The translations under genes and the position numbers were made by a program. The notes below the pieces were generated by a model. The model was not told where the DNA came from, ran no database searches, and saw only the letters and a program-made list of their open reading frames with translations. From Candidatus Calditenuaceae archaeon HR02 (lineage in GTDB: Archaea; Thermoproteota; Nitrososphaeria_A; Caldarchaeales; Calditenuaceae), in the NCBI GenBank assembly GCA_002898395.1, contig BEHE01000003.1:55519-119518 (forward strand): 64,000 nt of DNA, in the 5' to 3' direction. Of this stretch, positions 30,077 through 39,444 are shown piece after piece (positions within the stretch are counted from its first letter, which is position 1; every line of letters starts with the position of its first letter).

Positions 30077-30283
30077 CTATTCGAGGACCTTCTCCACCCT
30101 GCCCAGAATCTTCGCCTTACCACCCGTCGGCATGGCCAATGGCTCTCCACACACGTTGCAGGCCACCTGTGTCTTCGCTGTGTCGGGGAAAATCTGCTTA
30201 TTGCCGCAATGTAAGCATGTGACAAGAAGGAAGCGGCTCCTGGGCCTCGGGATTAGACGCTCAATAACCTGCTCCCGAGACAA
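30077..30283 (-). CDS. rps27e: 30S ribosomal protein eS27
   Basis: PRSRFLLVTCLHCGN...CNVCG..LAMPTGGKA. Confidence 0.95.
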   Translation of the reverse strand: MSREQVIERLIPRPRSRFLLVTCLHCGNKQIFPDTAKTQVACNVCGEPLAMPTGGKAKILGRVEKVLE

Positions 30284-30293
30284 GCCCTACTGC

Positions 30294-30572
30294 TCACCTC
30301 ACCATCTCAAGTTTCCTCAGCCTTACTCCTTCCCTCATAGACTTCCTACCACACTTGGAACACGTCAAGACCAGTGTCTTCTTATCCGTCGTCTTGGCCT
30401 TATTCCTCTGGATTGGATACTTCTGGCCACCATACCCCTTCAGCTCCCGCTCATGCCTCCTCGCGCCTATTGCCATCCCCCTCTCCTTTCCCTTCTTGTA
30501 GAGGGTGACCTGGTGCTCGGTGTGCTCGTTACATTTGGGGCAATAGCTGTTAAGCCTCGGCGGAACCTTCAT
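30294..30572 (-). CDS. rpl44e: 50S ribosomal protein eL42 (L44e)
   Basis: YCPKCNEHTEH, KGYGGQKYP, LTCSKCG. Confidence 0.96.
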   Translation of the reverse strand: MKVPPRLNSYCPKCNEHTEHQVTLYKKGKERGMAIGARRHERELKGYGGQKYPIQRNKAKTTDKKTLVLTCSKCGRKSMREGVRLRKLEMVR

Positions 30573-30667
30573 GCTAAAAGAGATGTGGAGGGGGCTGGTT
30601 TTTTAATATTATGCGGCTGGAGCAATAGGTTCTGGCCTTCTCTTGGTTAACGGATAGTTTCCCCTAT

Positions 30668-30694
30668 ACGGTACTTAACCCTTTTAAGTACCGT
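30668..30694. promoter_or_regulatory. Inverted repeat overlapping the TATA box of the DUF763 gene
   Basis: ACGGTACTTAA-CCCTT-TTAAGTACCGT (perfect 11-bp arms). Confidence 0.6.
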
Positions 30695-30722
30695 GAGGCT
30701 CTAGGCATGTAGTGGCGGCTGG

Positions 30723-31826
30723 TTGAGGAGGGTTGGGAGGACGGAGCTGCTGCTGGTTGAGGGCGGTGTCCCCCATTACAGGGAGATGGTAGTGCTGGGG
30801 AGGGAGATCTCCCGGCTCATTGTGGATGAGTATGGGGCTGATTTCCTTGTAGAGCGGCTTGCAGACCCTTTTTGGCTCAGCTGCCTCTCTTGCGTCCTCG
30901 GCTTCGAGTGGAATACGTCTGGTCAGACTACCGTCACACTTAGGGCGCTCAAAGACGCCCTTAAAGGCTGTGACTTAGGAATCGTCTTGGTTGGTGGTAA
31001 AGGAGAAGCGATGAGAGAGACTTCCCACGAGCTAAAGGAATCCCTCAAGCGAATTGGGAGAGAAGACCTAGCGCCCCAGCTGTTGAAGGCATCGACGTTG
31101 AGCTGCAAGATCGACAACAATGCCGTCCAAGACTCCTACAATATCTATTTCCACTCTGTAGCGGTCACGGGCTCCGGCTCCTCAGCAATGATTAACCAAG
31201 GTATGAACATTGAAGCACAGACGGCAAGGAGGTACCAGTGGCTAGGATCAAGTGTTAGTGTCGAAGAACCCCACACCGCTATCTCCTCTGAAGCTGTGGA
31301 AGAAGTTGTCTTAGACTTAACAAGTAGGCAGTCAAGGGAGTGTAGGTATTGTATCCTTGACGTTTTGAGGGACTCCCCGATCAGGACGATACAGTCAGAC
31401 CTCGCGAGGGTGAGGAATATCCTTGCCGGGCAGACTACACTCGATGAGCGGCCGTTTAGCGAGGCTCGACCCATAAACCCCCACCTAAGGCCTCCTAAAA
31501 AGCTGGATGACGAGATCCTGCGTAAGGCTAAAGAGAATGCTGAGAGCTTCGAATCTCTCCTACTCTGCGAAGGGGTAGGCCCAGCGACGCTCCGGGGATT
31601 AGCCTACATCTCAGAGCTGGTTTATGGTGCTAGAGTGTCTTGGAAAGACCCTGCGAGATATGCCTATGCCTTCGGAACCAAGTCAGGCAGCCCATATCCT
31701 GTTGATAGACGCGCAATGGTCAAGGCTGCAGAGACCATAAGACAGGCCCTGGAATCCTCAGATTCAAACGCTTCGAGGGTTATGTTGAGGCGGCTAGGCT
31801 CACTGCTGACCAGTATAGAGGTGTAG
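30723..31826 (+). CDS. DUF763 family protein
   Basis: RLADPFW, GFEWNTSGQTT, KIDNNAVQD, QGMN, GVGPATLR, DPARYAYAFG.K.G.PYPVD. Confidence 0.85.
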   Translation: MRRVGRTELLLVEGGVPHYREMVVLGREISRLIVDEYGADFLVERLADPFWLSCLSCVLGFEWNTSGQTTVTLRALKDALKGCDLGIVLVGGKGEAMRETSHELKESLKRIGREDLAPQLLKASTLSCKIDNNAVQDSYNIYFHSVAVTGSGSSAMINQGMNIEAQTARRYQWLGSSVSVEEPHTAISSEAVEEVVLDLTSRQSRECRYCILDVLRDSPIRTIQSDLARVRNILAGQTTLDERPFSEARPINPHLRPPKKLDDEILRKAKENAESFESLLLCEGVGPATLRGLAYISELVYGARVSWKDPARYAYAFGTKSGSPYPVDRRAMVKAAETIRQALESSDSNASRVMLRRLGSLLTSIEV

Positions 31827-31832
31827 TTTGGG

Positions 31833-32414
31833 TTGTCAGGGAAGACAGTGTATGACGAGGTTGTCGAGATTTGGGATCTTGAGAGGACTTCGAAGAGTCT
31901 AGTTAAGGTCTCTGACGAATGGGTGAAGAGGCTTAAAGAGTATGCAGAGGGGCTGCGGGTCCGGCTGAGACTTGCGGTAGACCGTGATAGCATACATTCA
32001 AGGCTCTGCGAGAGGGAGTTGGAAGTGCTCTCAACTCTTATCGCAGATATCTTTAATGCAAGGTTGGAGAAGATCGTGAGGGCCGCCATAAGAGGCGAGG
32101 CTATTGAAAACCTACTCCCAGCCGAGAGTAGGCTCTACGAAAGCCTCACCAAATCCCTAGCAGTCTACAAGGAGTATATCGAATATTGTTCTGAGACGCT
32201 TGACCTCACCAGGGAGCTTGCAGAGTCTGTCGACAAGGTTGTAGTAGGGTTTTTGAAGGATGCACCGGCCATAGTTGACGCAGATGGCGTCACTAGGGGC
32301 CCATTCCGCGAGGGCTCCATCGCATCGTTGGATCACCGGACCGCAGACTTGCTAGAAAAGGGTGGCTACGTCAGACGTCTCCCACTCATTAGAGGCGCGT
32401 CTCCCGAGGGATAG
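31833..32414 (+). CDS. GINS subunit (Gins15/51 type)
   Basis: Helical A domain (RLEKIV, ENLLPAE) and C-terminal FLKDAPAIVDADG..RGPF..G..A.L domain. Confidence 0.8.
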   Translation: MSGKTVYDEVVEIWDLERTSKSLVKVSDEWVKRLKEYAEGLRVRLRLAVDRDSIHSRLCERELEVLSTLIADIFNARLEKIVRAAIRGEAIENLLPAESRLYESLTKSLAVYKEYIEYCSETLDLTRELAESVDKVVVGFLKDAPAIVDADGVTRGPFREGSIASLDHRTADLLEKGGYVRRLPLIRGASPEG

Positions 32415-32466
32415 GTAGAATCACGTATTTGTATTAGGTTTGGTTAGGAATTCCTAGGACCCTGAA

Positions 32467-33558
32467 ATGCAGGGAGACATGGACCGGGAGACACGGCTGA
32501 TCGAGGAGTTCGGCCTAAGAAGTATAACTGGGCAGGAGCTAGGGATTGATCACTATTTTGCGAGGAGGGGCATCATCTATGCGTGCAGGGGGTATGAGGA
32601 GTTGATGGAGGCTCTACAGAGCGGCAACTTTTACACTCTGACCGGAATCATGCCCTCATCAGAGCGGATCCACCTAGGTACAATGGCTGTGGTGGAGGCC
32701 GTAAAGTGCTTCTCCGACAGGACTAAGCAGACCATCCTCCTAGTCGCTGATTTGGAGTCTCTAGCAACTAGGGAGGTGAGCTTGGAAGAGGCAAGGAGGA
32801 TAGCCTTTGAGTTCCACATTCCCACTTATCTGGCTCTGGGAATAGATCCTGAGAAGTGCGTCTTCTACTTCCAGTCAGAGAACAAGGATATCCACAAGAT
32901 AGCTGCTGACGCCTCGAGGGAGATTACGCTCCAAGAATTCAGGGCTGTTTACGGCCTCCTAGAGCCGTCCCGTATAATATCATCTCTCTACCAGATAGGT
33001 GATATCCTATTTCCCCAGCTTGTAAGGCCTATGATAGGCGTAATCCCAGTGGGTCTGGACCAGGACCCACATATCAGGCTCTGCCGGGACTATGTTAGAC
33101 GCTCCAAGTTCTTCCAGTTCAAGCAGGCTGTCGGCGTATACATCAGGGATGTGCCCAGCCTGAAGGGAGAGGGGAAAATGAGTAAGAGCGAGCCACACGC
33201 AGCAATCTTCCTGCCCGAAGACGACTACAAAGAGCTGAAAAGAAAAGTATACAAGGCCTTCTCAGGCGGAGCCAACACGCTGGAAGAGCAGAGAAAATAC
33301 GGCGCAGACCTGGAGAAGGATGTTCCCTACAAAATCCTACAATTCATCCTAAAGGACGACTCCGAACTCCAGCGCATAGCAGAAAGCTACTCGAGCGGTC
33401 AAATGATAAGCGGCGAGATAAAGGAATACCTGTATCAGAGGCTAGTCGAGCTGATGCAGGACCTCAAAGCCAAGATCGAGCAATACAGAGAGACGGTCAA
33501 ACGGAAGGAGATCAGGATAATAAGTTCGGCCAGAGAGCTGGCTGAATACCTCGCCTAA
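32467..33558 (+). CDS. trpS: Tryptophan--tRNA ligase
   Basis: TGIMPS..IHLG, PVGLDQDPH, KMSKS. Confidence 0.92.
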   Translation: MQGDMDRETRLIEEFGLRSITGQELGIDHYFARRGIIYACRGYEELMEALQSGNFYTLTGIMPSSERIHLGTMAVVEAVKCFSDRTKQTILLVADLESLATREVSLEEARRIAFEFHIPTYLALGIDPEKCVFYFQSENKDIHKIAADASREITLQEFRAVYGLLEPSRIISSLYQIGDILFPQLVRPMIGVIPVGLDQDPHIRLCRDYVRRSKFFQFKQAVGVYIRDVPSLKGEGKMSKSEPHAAIFLPEDDYKELKRKVYKAFSGGANTLEEQRKYGADLEKDVPYKILQFILKDDSELQRIAESYSSGQMISGEIKEYLYQRLVELMQDLKAKIEQYRETVKRKEIRIISSARELAEYLA

Positions 33559-33745
33559 GTATTCTAGCGGGGATCGCGGAGGCTCTAAGTACGCTCACAT
33601 TATGTGGAAGTGTTTTAGAAGCATGGATCATTAAATCAATAATCGGGCTCATTATATGTAATTCATTAAATTGTTCTTAACTAGCTAAAATCCTAAATAA
33701 TTAATTGACTTTAAGTGCTTCCGACAGCTTATAAATCTCCCATAC

Positions 33746-34486
33746 GTGATTGAGGGTGGAGACCTCATGAAACGTAGAGCATTTCTGGCATATATTCTTG
33801 TCCCGGCTTTATCAGTTCTTGTATTAGCCTTGATTGGCTATGGCGGACGTGATAGAAGAATATCGAGACCACTTGAGAAGATATCTTTGCCGCCTCCAAG
33901 ATATAATAGCAGCGTATCTATCGAGTATGCTTTGAAAGTTAGGAGGTCTATAAGGGAGTACGAAAATAAGCCTTTAACATTAGAACAGGTGGCTCAACTG
34001 GCTTGGGCTGCTCAAGGGATAACAGATGAAAGATATGGTTTTAGAACTGCCCCATCTGCTGGAGCCACATACCCTCTCGAGATCTACATAATTTGTAAGA
34101 AGAATGGTGTAGAAGGATTGTCTGAAGGAGTATACCATTATCTACCAAGAGAACATGCATTGGAACTAGTCAAGAGAGGAGATTACAGTAGAGAGTTGAT
34201 GAGTGCATGTCTCGATCAAGAATGGGTTAGGGATGCAGCGGTAAATATTGTCATCACAGCTAACTATGAGAGAACTACCTACAGGTATGGAGAGAGAGGT
34301 AGAATTAGATACGTACACATGGAGGTGGGGCACGTCGGCCAAAACGTATACCTGCAATGTGTAAGCCTTGGACTAGGGTGCGTAGTCATCGGGGCATTCT
34401 ATGACGAGGAAATAAAGAGAATATTGGGTGTCGATGAAGAACCTCTTTACGTGATTCCCGTTGGAGTTAAGAAGGGCGGATGGTAG
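33746..34486 (+). CDS. SagB/ThcOx-family nitroreductase with N-terminal hydrophobic segment
   Basis: RRSIR, RTAPSAGATYP, EVGHVGQN, IGAF. Confidence 0.88.
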   Translation: MIEGGDLMKRRAFLAYILVPALSVLVLALIGYGGRDRRISRPLEKISLPPPRYNSSVSIEYALKVRRSIREYENKPLTLEQVAQLAWAAQGITDERYGFRTAPSAGATYPLEIYIICKKNGVEGLSEGVYHYLPREHALELVKRGDYSRELMSACLDQEWVRDAAVNIVITANYERTTYRYGERGRIRYVHMEVGHVGQNVYLQCVSLGLGCVVIGAFYDEEIKRILGVDEEPLYVIPVGVKKGGW

Positions 34487-35066
34487 TAGTAAAGGGGCGG
34501 TTAGTAGAATAGGTTCACGAATATTAGGTATATCTGTTATTGTTTTTCTCCTTGTATATGCATATCCCCGTTTCTATCTATCCTTGATGGAGTCGCCTAG
34601 TTATCTTGTAGAGGAGTTCAGGGGCGGCGGTGTGATCGGATATAGGTATGCCTATGTGGGCGCATGGATGATTATTCTCTCCCAGCTATACGTATTCGCG
34701 AAATATCTTGTCAAGTATTTCAGAGTAAGGATTAAGCTTGCGAGATGGCTAGATATACACTGTACTCTAAACGTTACAGGCTTCGTCTTGGTGCTCATCC
34801 ACGCAGGGTTTCCATACGCTTTTAGATACTGGGAACCCTTTACGAGATTGGAAATTTTTGGAGGGCTTGAGGGGTTAATAGGCATTAGAGGACTGTTAAC
34901 ATGGCTGCTCATATCGGCGTTCATCTCAGGCATGCTAAGTAGGTATGGGGGCAGCCTCCGTCTGAAAAGAATCTTAAGCAAGGTGCACGTCTACTCGGTG
35001 TTATCAACATATGTTTCCGCATCTATCCACATATTACTATCAATAACTTTTCCAGAAACAAGGTGA
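34461..35066 (+). CDS. Membrane protein with paired His (possible b-heme binding)
   Basis: WLDIH, LIHAG, KVHV, IHI within TM helices. Confidence 0.6.
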   Translation: MELRRADGSSKGAVSRIGSRILGISVIVFLLVYAYPRFYLSLMESPSYLVEEFRGGGVIGYRYAYVGAWMIILSQLYVFAKYLVKYFRVRIKLARWLDIHCTLNVTGFVLVLIHAGFPYAFRYWEPFTRLEIFGGLEGLIGIRGLLTWLLISAFISGMLSRYGGSLRLKRILSKVHVYSVLSTYVSASIHILLSITFPETR

Positions 35067-35228
35067 AGACTCATACTAAACCTTAAACTGAATATACGGA
35101 GCGGCTGTGAAGAATATTTAGTTGAGCCAACCGCAAAAATCCTACCCTAGCGGGGCTCCCTACTCTCGCAAACTTTACAGTTTTACCTGGAAAGCCTTTA
35201 ATGCTTAGAAGAGCAGCTAGGTATTCTT

Positions 35229-35550
35229 GGGGTGGCGGGTAGGGCCGGGGGGCTAGCCCTCCCCTACAACCTGAAACGGGCTTAGGCAGGGGCCAGCAAC
35301 CGACTGGAAGGGGTGTCCGGCCCTCTGCACGGCCTAGACGAAGGGTGTGAGGCCGCGTCCCACCGGAGAACGGTAGGGTGCGGCGCCACGCGTAAGCGTG
35401 GCCTCCCACACCCGCATGCACCGAACCGCGTCAGGCCCGGGAGGGAGCAGCGCTAAGGTGCAGCCGGGCTGCTGGTGGGGGTGCGTGGCTGACTGAATCG
35501 TCTAGGCGCGGCAGAGGCCCCGGCCCTCGACCAGCCGGAGCCGCCACCCC
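35229..35550 (+). ncRNA. ffs: Archaeal SRP (7S) RNA
   Basis: Helix 1 GGGGTGGCGG/CCGCCACCCC; helix 8 TCAGGCCCGGGAGGGAGCAGC; GC-rich, 322 nt; TTTAAT promoter box upstream. Confidence 0.93.
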
Positions 35551-35600
35551 CTCTAACAATGTAGAGTTTTAATTAGGGCGCACAAATACGTGGGATAGGC

Positions 35601-36068
35601 ATGGCTAGTGAGGAGGATTTTTCATTGGAGGAGGAGTTGAAGCGGCTTAGGGAGGAGAACCTTTACCTCAGGGCCGAGATTGAGAACCTCAAAAAGTTGA
35701 TGGCTAAAGAAGTAGAGAAAGCCAGCCGCGCAGTCGCTGAGAAACTACTGTTAGACATGGTCTTGATCTATGAGGAGGTTGAGAGAGTATTTGCGAGCAT
35801 CCTAAACAACTCTGACCAGAAACAGGTCACGGAGGGTATCGGCATTCTCCTGAAAGAGATAAGGAAGCTGCTGGCTGAGCAAGGTGTCAACCAATTAGAA
35901 ACGATAGGGAGGAAGTTTGACCCATTCATCCACGAGGCGGTCGGCTTCGTAGAGAGAGACGACGTTGAAGATGAGACTATAGTGGCAGAGATTAGCAAAG
36001 GGTATGAATACGTTGGTAAGATTCTAAAACCCCCAAGAGTTATAGTGGCTAGAAGGAGCCGGTCGTAG
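35601..36068 (+). CDS. grpE: Nucleotide exchange factor GrpE
   Basis: LRAEIENLKK, KFDPFIHEAV, KGY....LKPPRVIV. Confidence 0.9.
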   Translation: MASEEDFSLEEELKRLREENLYLRAEIENLKKLMAKEVEKASRAVAEKLLLDMVLIYEEVERVFASILNNSDQKQVTEGIGILLKEIRKLLAEQGVNQLETIGRKFDPFIHEAVGFVERDDVEDETIVAEISKGYEYVGKILKPPRVIVARRSRS

Positions 36069-36140
36069 CTTCTCGACCGCGCATAAGCGTGAACATAGGT
36101 TTAATCTGTTCCCTCTCCTAACTATCAACGGGGGAGGAAA

Positions 36141-36791
36141 GTGGCGCGGAATAGATGGCTCGCGGAGAGGCGTGCCGATCCTTGGGTCAGGATGGCTAAG
36201 AGGGAGGGCTACCCATCCAGGGCGGCATACAAGCTCAAACACATCCAGAGGCTATACTCAATCATAAGCCCTGGAGATGTTGTAGTCGAGCTTGGGGCTG
36301 CACCTGGCGGGATGTTGAAGGTGGCCTCCGAGCTGGTAGGTGAACGTGGGCTTGTTTTGGGCGTTGATATTAGGCCGATACACTGCACTGAGGAGAATGT
36401 CAGGCATCTAAAAATCGACATCTACGATCCCTCAGCGCCAAGAGAAGTAATGAGGCTCCTAGATGGTGTGAGATGTGACGTTCTCATATCCGACGCCTCC
36501 CCAAACCTAATAGGTGTCCCCGAGATAGATACGCTTAAGCAGCTAGACATAGTTATAAGGTGCTGCGAGATTGCAGACGAAGTGTTGAAAGATGGTGGCA
36601 ATATCATGCTCAAGGCCTTCGAGTGCCCAGAGCTCGCGCGGTTAGACAGAGTTCTCCGTAGCTGCTTTGACAACTACAAGAGAGTCACTACTCCACCAAG
36701 CCTGAGGAAGCATAGCTCGGAGGTCTATCTGGTGGGTATCGGTAGGTGGGAGGCGCCAATTGCCCCACTGCTAAGGGCTGCGGTTGGGTAA
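36141..36791 (+). CDS. rlmE: 23S rRNA methyltransferase RlmE/FtsJ
   Basis: SRAAYKL, ELGAAPGG, SDASP, SSEVY. Confidence 0.93.
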   Translation: MARNRWLAERRADPWVRMAKREGYPSRAAYKLKHIQRLYSIISPGDVVVELGAAPGGMLKVASELVGERGLVLGVDIRPIHCTEENVRHLKIDIYDPSAPREVMRLLDGVRCDVLISDASPNLIGVPEIDTLKQLDIVIRCCEIADEVLKDGGNIMLKAFECPELARLDRVLRSCFDNYKRVTTPPSLRKHSSEVYLVGIGRWEAPIAPLLRAAVG

Positions 36792-36798
36792 ACCTGCT

Positions 36799-38250
36799 TC
36801 ATCGCGTAAGAGTCAGTAAGTGAACCGAACAAGCCGGTAGACTCAATATAATCTCCCCATTTCTACTCTCCACCTTTTCACTGTCTCTCGGAACAACTTT
36901 ACCCGGCTCTTCGAACGTATTTCTGTCATCGGGAGTGGAGCCAGCCAGGTATCTATGCTTCACGCTCTTAAAGTCAAAGCCTGCAACGCGGATACTGCAA
37001 TCAACCGCCTCATCTTGTGACCCATTCACTATGTGCACATACATTTTATTACCATCGCAGCTAGCCACCGCATCGACTGCCTGGACATTCTCCTCGGCCT
37101 CTTCCGAGTATAGTGTTGGTCCAACAACGCCAGTCCAAGCAACCTGTCTCCCAACGTTGGGTGCGAAGAGCTCATAGACATAGTACTGGGGGCTCAAGAC
37201 CATCCTCTCGTCGTCCCCTGTCGAGATAAGTGGCAGAACATTCACGGTCTGTGCGAAACAAGCTATCGGAACCATCCTCGATATCTTCTGGAGCTTAATC
37301 AACACTAGGCCCGTAAAAACGGCGTCCCTCATCGACGTGAATTGAACATGCATAGGGGGTACGGCCTCCTTGTACCAGACATTCCACTCATCAAATGCTA
37401 GTCTAATCCTCTTTACACCGAACTTGCGGCATGTAGCCTCCACAGTTTTGTATATCGAAGTTAGGTTACGCTCAATCTGTAGTGCGGCGGCGATAAGGTC
37501 TTCATGCTTTTTGGGACAGAAAACGTATGTGTGTACAGAGAGATAGTCGATGTAGTTGCCGGCAATCTTTATCATGTCTATATTCCACTCTGGATCGTTA
37601 TCGATGCCGCAGCCCACAATCTCGATGCTTTTATCAACTCTCCTCATTAAGTTTACAAACTCGATTGTCCTCCGCGCACACTCGGCGCCATCGATACAGA
37701 AGCCAACCTGCCAGCGGCCATATAGTTCGTTCCCGACACCCCACAGCTTGACGTTGAAGGGCTCAGACCATCCATCTCTCTTCCTGAGAGACGAATAGTA
37801 TGTATCGCCCCTAGAGTTGCAGTACTCTACCCAGGCTGCCGCCTCCTCCGGCGTACCACTACCCGCGTTAACGACGATAAATGGCTCGGTGCCCACAAGC
37901 CTACACCACTCGATAAATTCCACAGTCCCAAACTCGTTGGGCTCAACCCCCTCCCAAGCTAGTTCGAACTTTCGGGGACGGTGGAGTCTAGGCCCAATCC
38001 CATCCATCCAGTGGTAGGCAGAGGAGAAGTTCCCTCCAGGCCACCTAGTAAGTGGAGGGGATATTCTTTTCACAGCTTCGAGCACGTCAAATCTATAGCC
38101 TCTCAGGTTTGGGATTGGTGAGTTTTCTCCCACCCAAATCCCCCCGTATATGCAGCGACCTAGATGCTCAATGAACTGGCCGAAAACCCGCCTATCAAGA
38201 GGCCCAGCTTTGGAACTGGCGTCCACCCAGACTGTGGCGTGCCTTCTCAC
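36799..38250 (-). CDS. GH51 alpha-L-arabinofuranosidase
   Basis: FIEHLGRCIYGG, RWPGGNF, GNE, FDEWNVW, AQTVNV. Confidence 0.93.
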   Translation of the reverse strand: MRRHATVWVDASSKAGPLDRRVFGQFIEHLGRCIYGGIWVGENSPIPNLRGYRFDVLEAVKRISPPLTRWPGGNFSSAYHWMDGIGPRLHRPRKFELAWEGVEPNEFGTVEFIEWCRLVGTEPFIVVNAGSGTPEEAAAWVEYCNSRGDTYYSSLRKRDGWSEPFNVKLWGVGNELYGRWQVGFCIDGAECARRTIEFVNLMRRVDKSIEIVGCGIDNDPEWNIDMIKIAGNYIDYLSVHTYVFCPKKHEDLIAAALQIERNLTSIYKTVEATCRKFGVKRIRLAFDEWNVWYKEAVPPMHVQFTSMRDAVFTGLVLIKLQKISRMVPIACFAQTVNVLPLISTGDDERMVLSPQYYVYELFAPNVGRQVAWTGVVGPTLYSEEAEENVQAVDAVASCDGNKMYVHIVNGSQDEAVDCSIRVAGFDFKSVKHRYLAGSTPDDRNTFEEPGKVVPRDSEKVESRNGEIILSLPACSVHLLTLTR

Positions 38251-38285
38251 GTTTTAGTCTCTGACTCGCCATGATATATTCATAG

Positions 38286-39308
38286 TCATGGTTTTTCAGC
38301 AGATATTCTCTCGCGCGCACCTAGGTTTAGCGTGACTTCGCAGATGTCCGAGCTATATTCTGCGATTCGACGGATGTCTTGGGCCAGCATGATGACACCA
38401 ACGTCAGTCTCCCATCTTCCTCCCTTTTTCTTTGTAATGTCCATGAGCAGAAGCTCAAACGCCTCGATCTTCTTCATGGCTTGACGGGCTTTCGAAATAC
38501 TTCGCTCCAGCAACGCGGTCTTAGCCTCGGTGAAGAGGCTGCTAGCCTCGTAGCCGGCCCTAATTAGCTCTGGTGGCGGGGTCTTAGTCTGTCTCTCACC
38601 TACTAGGAAGTAGGCTATAGACGTTGCATGGTCTGCCGCTCTCTCGATTGTTTTAGCGGCTATGATATAGGATAGGCACTCTTGTGGGTTTTTGAGGCCG
38701 AGTGCCGCAAGTCTTCGGGGGCTTGAGATGCCTATGTTGAGCTGCCTCACTGCGAAGTGGTAGAACCTGTCCACGTCGTAGTCCCTCTGTATTATGTCTT
38801 GGGCAAGTCCCTCATCGTTGTTCTCAATCGCGTATAGGGCGTCCATCTGCATACTCGCTGCGAGGTCCGCCATCCTCTCGATAACCTTGACCGGCTGTAG
38901 GCTGTCATGGGTGGGCAGGCACTGCGTGACTATTCCGTGGAAGGTCTCGCCGACTATCTCGACACCAACTAGCCACCTCCTCATCATATCCTTCAACTCT
39001 TTAGTGTGCCTGTACCCAGACTCCCCGAACTCAAGCCTAATGACATTAAACCCTGCAATGTACATCGAAAGATAGAGCCGCAGAACCTCCTCGGGCCCCG
39101 CATCGGCAGGAACCTTGACAACGGCCTCCTCGATGGCTTCCTGCCCATCCAGCGCAGTTGGCCATATGATAAGCCCCCCACCAGGCTCCTCCATCAAGTA
39201 GAGCTCGTCATGGGGCTTCAGACCGACCCTTCTAACCCACTCCTGCGGCAATGAAACGATGAGTGTCGAGCCACCTGTTTTCTGCACGCGGCGGGAGTAG
39301 ACAGGCAT
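38286..39308 (-). CDS. AbrB-PhoU phosphate uptake regulator
   Basis: RRVQKTGGSTLIVSLP AbrB domain plus PhoU repeats (DVDRFY, ERAADHA). Confidence 0.9.
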   Translation of the reverse strand: MPVYSRRVQKTGGSTLIVSLPQEWVRRVGLKPHDELYLMEEPGGGLIIWPTALDGQEAIEEAVVKVPADAGPEEVLRLYLSMYIAGFNVIRLEFGESGYRHTKELKDMMRRWLVGVEIVGETFHGIVTQCLPTHDSLQPVKVIERMADLAASMQMDALYAIENNDEGLAQDIIQRDYDVDRFYHFAVRQLNIGISSPRRLAALGLKNPQECLSYIIAAKTIERAADHATSIAYFLVGERQTKTPPPELIRAGYEASSLFTEAKTALLERSISKARQAMKKIEAFELLLMDITKKKGGRWETDVGVIMLAQDIRRIAEYSSDICEVTLNLGARERISAEKP

Positions 39309-39444
39309 ATTGCCTCGACTATGTAGTGGCGATGGTTGAATATATAGGCACCACTTTATTTTATCTCCTATATAGAGATGTGTGAATAAAATATGGAATA
39401 TAGGTTTGGCTTAAATAGTCAATATAGCGCTGTTAAGGCCGAGA

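Noticed and set aside
35083-35421. 112-aa minus-strand ORF
   Set aside because: Antisense shadow of the GC-rich SRP RNA
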